A DNA stretch of 64,000 nucleotides, taken from assembly GCA_044892525.1 (NCBI GenBank), contig CM097885.1:44704001-44768000 (forward strand). The letters run 5' to 3'. The number at the start of each line of letters is the position of its first letter. Position 1 is the stretch's first letter. The notes below the pieces were generated by a model. The model ran no database searches, had not been told where the DNA came from, and saw only the letters and a program-made list of their open reading frames with translations. Below, piece by piece: positions 55,708 to 64,000 of the stretch. Source of the stretch: Schmidtea polychroa. Taxonomy: Eukaryota. Both the position numbers and the translations under genes were made by a program.

Positions 55708-56499
55708 ATGGATATTTGGAAACCAATTTTAAATAGACATAAGAGTAAATTTAATAATAAAGTATTTCCTGATAATTTTAGATTATTAATTGTTGGTTCT
55801 TCTGGATGTGGAAAGAATGTACTTGTTTTGAGAATGTTACTTGAAGATGATTTTTTAGATTATAATAATTTAATCTTTTATTCTACAACCATAAATCAAC
55901 CAGAATTACAACTTTTGAAATGTGGATTTGAAAATAAATTAACTAAAAAAGCAATAATTGATATTTTTAAAAATCAACATAGATGTCCTGAAGAAGTTTT
56001 TCAACCTTGTGATATGGTTGATTGGTATAAGGAAAAGATTTTAGAATCAGATATTAGTAATAAAAATGATTATATTTGTGAAGAAGGGCAGGAGGCAATT
56101 CAAGTTTAATTCTCTAATAAACCTGAAGATGTTTTACATTGTGATTTACTTCCTAAAGATAAAAAGAATCTAGTTATATTTGATGATGTTGTTAATATGA
56201 AAAATCAAGAGATTCAAAAGAGTTACTTTACACGAGGTCGACATAATAATTGTAATGTTATTTATATATCTCAAACATATTATGCTTTAGATAAAAATTC
56301 AATAAGAAATAATTCCAATTGTTTTATATTTTTTAAATTAGATCGCCGTGATAAGAATATGATTTATAATGATTTATTTTCAAATGTTGAACCTGATAAG
56401 AATATGTTTGATATGTTTGTTGATAATCATTGGAAAGAAAAATATAATTATATTTATTTGGATAGAGAAGAAGCTGAAATATGGAAAAGTTTGTTTTAG
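55708..56499 (+). CDS. FtsK/HerA (A32-like) genome-packaging ATPase; in-frame TAA at 56107-56109
   Basis: Walker A LLIVGSSGCGKN; Walker B LVIFDD just after the stop in the same frame; RGRH arginine motif; YISQ. Confidence 0.9.
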
Positions 56500-56510
56500 G
56501 GCTTGTCGAC

Positions 56511-57920
56511 TTAAAAATCTGTTTTCTGTAGTTCATTATTATAAAATCTACCTAATATTTTTTCATTATTTAAATCAAAGATGCTATATGTTATTGGAGT
56601 TGTATAATGTATTTTATTTATAATAAAAATTTCATTTGTCCATTTTGCTGTGAATCCTTTTTCAAATTTATTTTTATATTTAAATATTCTTACTCGGTCA
56701 CCAATTTTAAACTTTGGTTTTTCAATAACATCATTTTCAATATTTACCACTTTAATGGTTTCAGGCTTCATGGAAGCATTTAAAGGTGTTAATTTTATAG
56801 AACTATGTACATCATTATTATATTCATTTACAATCTTTTGTAACAATTCATTGTTCCATTTTTGTTTTCCAATAGCAGTAAAATATTTCCACATTTTATT
56901 TTTTAATGTTCTATTTAATCTTTCAACTACGACTGCTTTTCCTTCGTTTTCTGTTGAATATAATTTAATATCATTTTCATTTAAAAACTTTGTAAAAACT
57001 TTGTTATAAAATTCTGTTCCTTTATCACACCATAAATATTTTGGGATTCTTTGATTTTCTTCAAATATATTTTCAAATGCTTCTGTAATAGAATATCCTG
57101 TTTTATTTTCTAAACACCTTGCAAAAGCAAATCTTGTATATAAATCTATTACAGTTAAAATTATTTTATATTTTTCAGGGTCTGATGATTTGGGCATAAA
57201 GACTAAATCTGCAGACCATGTTTGATCTTTTTCATGTACTTGAACTTTTAAATATTTTTTATTTTTTCTAAATTCATGGTGTAATTCCTTTGCATATTTT
57301 ATTTCTGATTCTGTTGGGGTTTGTAAACTAGTCTTGGATATATTCTCAAGGGATCTTTCAATGTCTGCTTGTTCGATAATCTTTTTATAAGCAACATCTT
57401 TTGCTATTCTAGGAAGTCTTGCACCCATGGTGATCGGACTGTGTCCTAAGCCTATGAAAATCTTACCTTTCATTGCTAATTTAACTAGAGCTCTTTGAAT
57501 CTTTTCTTGGGTTGATGGATTTTGGATACTATTTAAATCATGTATTAAATTCACATCTGCAACATGTCTATCTCTAAGATTTGTTGAATTGTATGCAATG
57601 TCATGTTTTAAAGCTGCTTGATCAATTCTATTTATTGGTTCTTCTCCTTGTTTGGGATTATTATTTTCATCTAATCTAATATCTAGACGTGTTCCTGGTC
57701 CAGTATAGTTGTGTTTAAATAAATGTCTTTCACCTGGATATTTTTCTGTAGTAAAAGGTTTTAATATTGAAGATGCCACTTTTGAAGATTGCAAATCGCC
57801 TCCAGCTCGTGGAATTAGATCACCTCCTGTATGTTTTTTAGTTTTTAAATGACTTGCTTTATGATGTCTTGTAACTTGACAATTACAAGTTTCACATCTC
57901 CAATATTTATTTAGAGACAT
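56511..57920 (-). CDS. int: Retroviral-type integrase fused to an N-terminal C2H2 zinc finger and a parvovirus VP1u-type phospholipase A2 domain
   Basis: CETC..HLKTKKH; NYTGPG, DQAALKHDIAY, RHVAD (PLA2); WSADL, VIDLYTR, WCDKGTEF, VERLNRTLK (DDE); FKIGDRVRI C-terminal domain; no chromodomain. Confidence 0.9.
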   Translation of the reverse strand: MSLNKYWRCETCNCQVTRHHKASHLKTKKHTGGDLIPRAGGDLQSSKVASSILKPFTTEKYPGERHLFKHNYTGPGTRLDIRLDENNNPKQGEEPINRIDQAALKHDIAYNSTNLRDRHVADVNLIHDLNSIQNPSTQEKIQRALVKLAMKGKIFIGLGHSPITMGARLPRIAKDVAYKKIIEQADIERSLENISKTSLQTPTESEIKYAKELHHEFRKNKKYLKVQVHEKDQTWSADLVFMPKSSDPEKYKIILTVIDLYTRFAFARCLENKTGYSITEAFENIFEENQRIPKYLWCDKGTEFYNKVFTKFLNENDIKLYSTENEGKAVVVERLNRTLKNKMWKYFTAIGKQKWNNELLQKIVNEYNNDVHSSIKLTPLNASMKPETIKVVNIENDVIEKPKFKIGDRVRIFKYKNKFEKGFTAKWTNEIFIINKIHYTTPITYSIFDLNNEKILGRFYNNELQKTDF

Positions 57921-57949
57921 TTTAAAATGTTAAAATATCAGGGATTATA

Positions 57950-59242
57950 TCAAGAATCTCCCCTAACATTTTCGATTATTGAAATCTTTCCACCATATAA
58001 TTTCATTTCTATTTTCTTTTCTTCTAATATTAATGTATATACTTTAGCTTTAAAATTAGAATCCTTTGTTACATGAAGTGTAACATCAACATTATTTATG
58101 GCTAGGCGATCATCTTGGTCTGAAACATTTATACAAAATATAGAATATAAATTTTTGAAATCTTCTAAACTTAATTGCGGTTCAACTTTGAAATCATAAC
58201 ATGTTTCAATATAATTTAGATATGGGAATATGTTTTCATTATTTTCAATATTAAATTCCATTCTATTTATTGGATAATAAGAACTATTTAATTGAATTTG
58301 GATTGTTTTTAAATTATCAACTCCAATCTTTTGAATAAACAAGTTGTTATTTTTTTGGAAAGATGAATCTACTTCTTTGAATCCAATCAAGATATATCTT
58401 GGTCGGTATGCTAAATTTGCTACCTTTATAGAATATGTTGAACTCTCTGTCATACTAAATTCACTACAGATTCTATTTAAATAATTTACATTTATAGACT
58501 TGTTGGAATTTAATCTTTCAAGGAGTTTAATCTCAGAATGTGGGTTTAATGTCCATTCAGGTATATGTAATTCAAGTGTTGATAATTTTAATTTAGCTTT
58601 TGTATCTACAGCTCCATAGAACAATCTTTTATCACCTTCTACTCTATTACAGATGAATTCTATAAAAACATTATGAAGTATACGATTATAGTTTTGAAGG
58701 AATCCAAACAAGTGTTTTAATTCAAAATAACCTTCAAATTTTTTAGATTTATAAAGTTCAGCTCTTTTATGGTAACCATGGTTTACATCTAAACCATCTT
58801 TATCTAAATCCCCTTTATTAACATCAGGAATCCAACCTGTTAATTCACCATATTCGTTTTTATAATCACAACCAGTCAAAATAAAATTTAACATTGTAGA
58901 ATATACTCCCGGATGCAAAACAGTTTCAATTTCTGATGATCCTAGTTTTAATCTCATGTTGGAGAATAAATTTGGAAAGAAATTATTTTCTAGGGTTATA
59001 TCTTTGTTTGCTTCAATTTCTAATTCGATTTTATAATATAATTTGGCATTACAAATATCTATAGGGTTTGATGTTTGAAGAGATTGAAAAACTATATCAC
59101 CCCTACGATTTAAGTTTGCAATAGATCCTGAAGTTGGGGAGATTTTAAGTACATCGTTTTTCTTGATTTCATGAGTAAATTCTTTATTATAATCAAGATT
59201 TAATTTATTTTTTTCTTGAATTTTAAGATTTATATTATTCAT
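57950..59242 (-). CDS. Major capsid protein (double jelly roll)
   Basis: 430 aa; NNFFPNLFS, LFGF..Y.R, LELHIP, RPRYILIGF, LNSSYYP, F...YSIFCINVS patterns typical of Polinton MCP; beta-rich. Confidence 0.87.
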   Translation of the reverse strand: MNNINLKIQEKNKLNLDYNKEFTHEIKKNDVLKISPTSGSIANLNRRGDIVFQSLQTSNPIDICNAKLYYKIELEIEANKDITLENNFFPNLFSNMRLKLGSSEIETVLHPGVYSTMLNFILTGCDYKNEYGELTGWIPDVNKGDLDKDGLDVNHGYHKRAELYKSKKFEGYFELKHLFGFLQNYNRILHNVFIEFICNRVEGDKRLFYGAVDTKAKLKLSTLELHIPEWTLNPHSEIKLLERLNSNKSINVNYLNRICSEFSMTESSTYSIKVANLAYRPRYILIGFKEVDSSFQKNNNLFIQKIGVDNLKTIQIQLNSSYYPINRMEFNIENNENIFPYLNYIETCYDFKVEPQLSLEDFKNLYSIFCINVSDQDDRLAINNVDVTLHVTKDSNFKAKVYTLILEEKKIEMKLYGGKISIIENVRGDS

Positions 59243-59297
59243 TTTTATATATTAAAATTTACACACACAAAATAGGATTAATTAAATATATTATGTA

Positions 59298-59371
59298 AGC
59301 CATTATAGCGGAGTGGGAATAGGCTTCAATTTTATCACCGGGAGTACCGGGTTCAATTTTCGATTTTGGTC
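59298..59371 (+). ncRNA. tRNA-like Pol III cassette R1 (putative)
   Basis: A box TAGCGGAGTGG (59306), B-box-like GGGTTCAATT, T7 at 59374; shares AGTGGGAATAG with L1. Confidence 0.5.
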
Positions 59372-59531
59372 AATTTTTTTCGATATTTTTTTTTTAACGG
59401 AATCTGATTCAGCGTACTGATTTTAGTATATATTTAAATTTTCAGATGGATCTGAGTGGTAGTTGTCGAGAAAATGAATAATTAATTATTAATTTCATCA
59501 ATAAATAGTCACACATTAACAACTTATTTTA

Positions 59532-59606
59532 TATTGAGTATAGCTTAGTGGTAATAGCACTCGACTGCATTGCCAATACCAATGGGTTCAAATCCCATTT
59601 CGGTCA
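59532..59606 (+). ncRNA. tRNA-like Pol III cassette R2 (putative, tRNA-Cys-like 5' half)
   Basis: GTATAGCTTAGTGGTAATAGCACTCGACTGCA; perfect T arm ATGGG-TTCAAAT-CCCAT; T8 terminator; anticodon stem not paired. Confidence 0.62.
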
Positions 59607-59776
59607 TTTTTTTTCAAATTTTTTTTTAACGAAATATTGATCAGCATACTCGATTTAGTACTTGTACAAATTTTTAATGAGATTGGTCAACGGAAACTCT
59701 TGGAAATTTAAGATCAAAAACGTTTTAACTTAAGCTACCAAAAATTAATATATCCAATAAAAAAATATTTATAAAA

Positions 59777-60034
59777 ATGGATGAGTTAAAAGAAAGAATG
59801 AGAAATGAATTGAATGAAGTTAAACATAAGAGAATGAAAAGAAGAGAAGAAGAACCATTAGAATACATCAAAGAGTTGATGGTAGATAATGAAAAGTATC
59901 GACATTTTTATATGAAGGCTGTAGATGTTGCTGATATAAGATTGAAGAAAATGAAACAATTACAGGAAAGAGTTAAAGAACTTGAATCGATTATTTATAG
60001 TTTAAAAAATGACAAAAAATCCAATCCTAGATAG
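59777..60034 (+). CDS. Small coiled-coil protein, unknown function
   Basis: 85 aa, AAAATG start context like the other element ORFs, charged heptad pattern. Confidence 0.6.
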   Translation: MDELKERMRNELNEVKHKRMKRREEEPLEYIKELMVDNEKYRHFYMKAVDVADIRLKKMKQLQERVKELESIIYSLKNDKKSNPR

Positions 60035-60097
60035 CGCAGTGGGAATAGACTGGCACAGTGGTTCAAATGGATAGTGGTTCAAATCACACCTGAGGTT
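60024..60097 (+). ncRNA. tRNA-like Pol III cassette R3 (putative; straddles the TIR boundary)
   Basis: TIR mirror of L1 with a variant A box TAGCGCAGTGG, B box GGTTCAAATC, T8 at 60100. Confidence 0.55.
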
Positions 60098-60932
60098 AGT
60101 TTTTTTTCAACATAAAATAATATTAAAAATTTGAAAATAATATTGAAAATAGTGTGGGTATCTTATATTTATAAAGTACTTGTATATTTTATTTTATTTA
60201 TTTTATTTTATTTTATTTTTTTATTAATTAATTATTTTTTAAACATAAATATGAAAAAAAAAATATTGAAACGGGTGATGGTGGCGAACCGGTAATTATC
60301 GCCATCTGTCTTTCGAACACCCCCCGGATCGATCCCTTTCTCAGTTGTTTTCGGACCTCTTTCGAATTCGCTTTCGAATTCATTTGTACTTTCGAGCAGC
60401 ACACTTAAAACGCCGATGAAGTCGTATTCGAGCGAGAAGCGAATAATAAGGTGTGCTGCTATTATCGGATTGATTCTGATGTATGAGTCTGGCCAGCTTG
60501 TATATTGGAAGAGATTCGATAAACGAAAGAGGTTGATAAATAAAAAAAATGATCCGGATCAAAAAAAACTGTTGAGGATACAGTGAAAAAAAAAAAAAAA
60601 AAAATACCACTGTCCCCTCAGAGCAGTTTTACTATTTTTCATTTATTTTTTAATTTATATAATTTAAAATCAATAATCTGATAAAGATCAAATAGCCCTC
60701 TAACTTTTTCATAATGCCATTTTCTTTTCTATTCTCTTTTTAGTTTGAAGCTTTTGAGTTTGAGGCTTTAAAGATTAAAACAGTTAGAGTCATTAAGGGT
60801 GGTTGTTTTCAAAATATAGGGTTAAAATACTATAAAAGTATAAGTTTTAGGTTGTTTTTCTAATAGCTTAAGTGATTTGGAGGCATGTTTTTGTTGGGGG
60901 GCTGTTTTGGTTGGGTATATAACCACACTACT
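60034..60932 (-). repeat. Polinton right terminal inverted repeat
   Basis: Matches 45622-46499 in inverted orientation. Confidence 0.95.
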
Positions 60933-61185
60933 AATTTTCTATATTACTAAGATGTTATTTATTTTCTTTTAACACTTGATAAAGACAAAGCCGAGAATTT
61001 ATATTGCATAGAAAATTAAATTTTCTTCTTTTATATCAATGAAAATAAATGAAATATCAAAGAAAGAAAACAGATCAAAAGTGACAAAAAAACAAAAAAG
61101 ATTTCCTTTTAAGAAAATCAAATAAACAAATTTGTATTAAAATTTTCAATTTTACATATGAATAATAAAAATTAATTAAACAAAC

Positions 61186-61446
61186 TCTTGAAAACTGTAA
61201 TATTTTTTATTGCTGATTCTTCATCTAAACTGCATTTGTAGATTCCAGATGATATTTTGTCTTTCGGCAAAGAATTTATCCATCTTTCTCCTCGAAATCT
61301 GATTTGATATTTTTCTAGTTGTCCTGGAAAACTCCATTCGATTTTATTTTGCAATTCATTGCAATTTTCTTTTAAATAACAGGAAAGCACTAAATTTTCT
61401 CCTTCATTCAAATAGTCTGTATTTGAGTTTAATTGCAAAGTTTTAA
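61186..61446 (-). CDS. Host exon: Ig-like domain (type B)
   Basis: tttag|...|gtttgt, 261 bp, phase 1-1; EGENLVLSC...IEW...SGIYKC...NITV. Confidence 0.85.
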
Positions 61447-62443
61447 CTAAATAATTAAAACAAATATTAACAATTAAAAATATATATTTATTATACAAAA
61501 GACGAATAATGTTATCGGTGAGCAATCTTAATTGCAATTGTTGAGAAAATACATAATTTCTAAATATTAATTCGTGAAATATGGATAAAACTTTCTAGGC
61601 AAATTTTGCGTTTTGAAGGAAGTTGAGTCTTAAAAAAAATATTTGCAATTTCTATTGCATTAAGTGCGTCTTGCTCTATTTGAAGTCCGCTTCCTTTTAA
61701 AAGTGGATAGATAAATTTTTATCAAAATATATATTTTAAACCTTGAGAAAAATGTTTACTAATGTAGAAAATTGGCGGTCTATTTATTTAAAAAAAAACT
61801 CCGGAAAAAATAAACACAAACCCAGGCTTATAAAAATGGAAAGACAGTATTTTAATAATACAGTAAATTCTCGATAACAGTCACATTTGATAAGTATCAA
61901 CTTCAATATCTATTTTGAATAATATGTAAAGCCTTCAAAAAAAATAAATCAAAAATTGTTTTCACTAAAATTCGATAACTGTCACTCCTTATTTTTAATG
62001 GGTTTTAAAAAAAACTTATTCCTTGTGAAACTTATCCAAAATTTATTGTATCAATGAAAACTACAGATTTGTTAATAAATTTCATAAAGGCGACCTTCGT
62101 AGCTAAGAAACTTTTAAAACCATTCTGCATTTAGTCTTTTGCATTTGGTCTTATACAAGGAAAGTTTCATTATATACTTTTTTCAATGTCCGGGGATGTT
62201 GCCAGTTTAATTTTATGTGTTTATTTTGTCGCATTAAAATATTCTTGGCTGGATTAATGCATGTCAAATGACATTTCTGACATGTGAAATCCTAAACGAT
62301 TCACCTGTGAAAAAGGCCATATACAAATATTTCGGTAAAATACATTATGTATTTCGTAAGAGGAACAGGAATGAAAATCGTACGAGCACCGACCAGTGAA
62401 TGTGAATTAAACATTAAAAATAAATACCATAAAATAAACTTAC

Positions 62444-62563
62444 ACAAGCACTTTGGACAAGACGGTGTTTCATCTAGGTTTGTGCTTGGACAGTCCACTA
62501 TTCCATCACAATATGTTCCTTTTCTACAGTTTGGTAGGCAATAGACATGATCGTTTGGGCATA
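62444..62563 (-). CDS. Host exon: LDL-receptor class A repeat
   Basis: ttttcag|...|gtaagt, 120 bp, phase 1-1; CPNDHVYCLPNCRKGTYCDGIVDCPSTNLDETPSCPKC. Confidence 0.85.
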
Positions 62564-63559
62564 CTGAAAATATTTTCATTCAATTAAAATGTTAATGTAA
62601 ATAAATTGAAAATTGAATCAACTAACTCATTTGCTTATCAATATTTATATAGTTGAAACTTGTTCTTTCCATGTTAAAAATATGTTTTAATTTGTGTATT
62701 TTCTGCAAATTGTTCATATTTCGTTATATATTTTATCAATGGTGCTAAAGAGGGTCTTAATTTTAAATTTTTTTACTGTAAATATAAGAAAATTATAATC
62801 TTCTGGCGTATCGTGTGATTTTTTTCCCGTAAATATTTTATTGTTTATTTAACTTTAACTTTCTACCTCATAGTCGAATAAAGAAATATTCCGTCTTTAA
62901 GGAATTATCTGAAATGACAAATTTGATTTTCTCTAAAATTTTCTTAATTTTATATATAAATTTTTATGTTATTGCTTGATGTTAATATGTTGTTTAAATT
63001 TAATTTTTGTAAATTAAATGGTAAATTTTTGTTTGTTAAAAAATGATTTTTTAATTAATTTATTATTAATTGTAAATATCGAAATACTTTTGTTGAAATA
63101 CTTAATAAAAATTGTAATTGCGAATTCATAAATTCTTAAGGCAGAATTCTCAAAGCAAATCTAAAAGGGTCCCTTGTACCCCCTTGAGAAATACTCGTAA
63201 AAATGCATTGAAAAGTTTGATTAATACTAAAAATCTAATAAATTTAATTCTAAGACTTCTATTAAATTACTGCCTTACTAATTAGAATATTTGAAATGAA
63301 TAATAAGGTAGCAGAAATATACGGCGCTCATGCTCAAGGTTGCACGAGTCGTGTAATACGATGCAATTAGTAGGAAATTTAGCGAATCAGAGCCGGACTG
63401 ACTGTATATTTGGTCAATACGTACTTCTACTTTAACTGTGTCGGTTGCGTACATAAACCAAACTCTATCCCTTGTTCAATTGTTATAGAGTACAGTGTAT
63501 TTTTATAGTGTACAGTATATTTCATTGCACTTGCAAAGAATAACATCAGAGTGAGTAGT

Positions 63560-64000
63560 TATTTTTTCATATTATAACCTTATTGATTTCTTTCTTATAT
63601 TATAGTAGGTGTATCTCAGTTTAAATTGTTATTGTCAATAGTCGTGTATTTCATATGGAAATTTGCAAAGAAAAACATTATCAATTCAAGAGAAAAGAAA
63701 CATTCTCAAAAAAGTGGATAAATATGTTTTTTAAGTATTTCAGTCGCAAGTGATTTACGGATGTCCATTACAACTTTGGTTACGATGATAAAAAATCGCA
63801 AATCGATTGAGAAAAGTGCGATGCATTACACTGTTAAATGATGGGGTTAAATTGACGAAATAACGATAAAAACCTTTTCGAAAAGCTGGAATCATTAACG
63901 AACAAGAAAATAAAATAGATCATACTAGAGATGAGAGTCTTGACAGAGATGGACCAGAAACACTAGTAGAAAATATTACGCTTACTACGGACACTTTACA
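63560..64000 (+). mobile_element. Decayed pogo/Tigger-like transposase remnant
   Basis: Broken AMH....W..I...TIK..FRKAG motif near 63820-63890 followed by an acidic tail. Confidence 0.45.

Larger units (their letters stand above)
45622..60932. mobile_element. Complete Polinton/Maverick (endogenous adintovirus-like element), 15,311 bp
   Basis: 5'-AGTAGT...ACTACT-3' termini, 6-bp TSD AATTTT (45616-45621 and 60933-60938), long TIRs, and pPolB, integrase, ATPase, protease and both capsid genes. Confidence 0.97.

Noticed and set aside
59532..59606. Functional tRNA-Cys gene
   Set aside because: Anticodon stem (CTCGA/GCCAA) does not pair and the acceptor pairing is offset and wobble-rich; reported as tRNA-like ncRNA instead.

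Overview
Very AT-rich eukaryotic (invertebrate-type) genomic DNA. The whole window lies inside one minus-strand host gene, of which 11 coding exons can be spliced in frame (GT-AG, matching phases). They encode a periodic LDLa-Ig-Ig extracellular protein resembling invertebrate perlecan-like proteins. Its introns are filled with mobile DNA. The main feature is a full-length 15.3-kb Polinton/Maverick (endogenous adintovirus-like element, 45622-60932) with AGTAGT termini, ~0.88-0.90-kb TIRs and a 6-bp TSD. It encodes pPolB, packaging ATPase, adenain-like protease, major and minor capsid proteins, fibre-like and pX-like proteins, and an unusual ZnF-phospholipase A2-integrase fusion; pPolB and the ATPase each carry one in-frame stop. 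The most unusual signal is five outward-facing, tRNA-sized Pol III-type cassettes (A box, B box, oligo-T terminator) in the Polinton's subterminal regions, with pairs spaced ~234-235 bp apart. They are candidate VA-RNA-like viral non-coding RNAs. Also present: a decayed Gypsy element with an intact -1 frameshift signal, a full-length but broken hAT element, hAT/MULE/pogo remnants, MITEs, solo-LTR-like repeats, an eEF2 pseudogene fragment and satellites. All calls come from manual reading; no database search was run.
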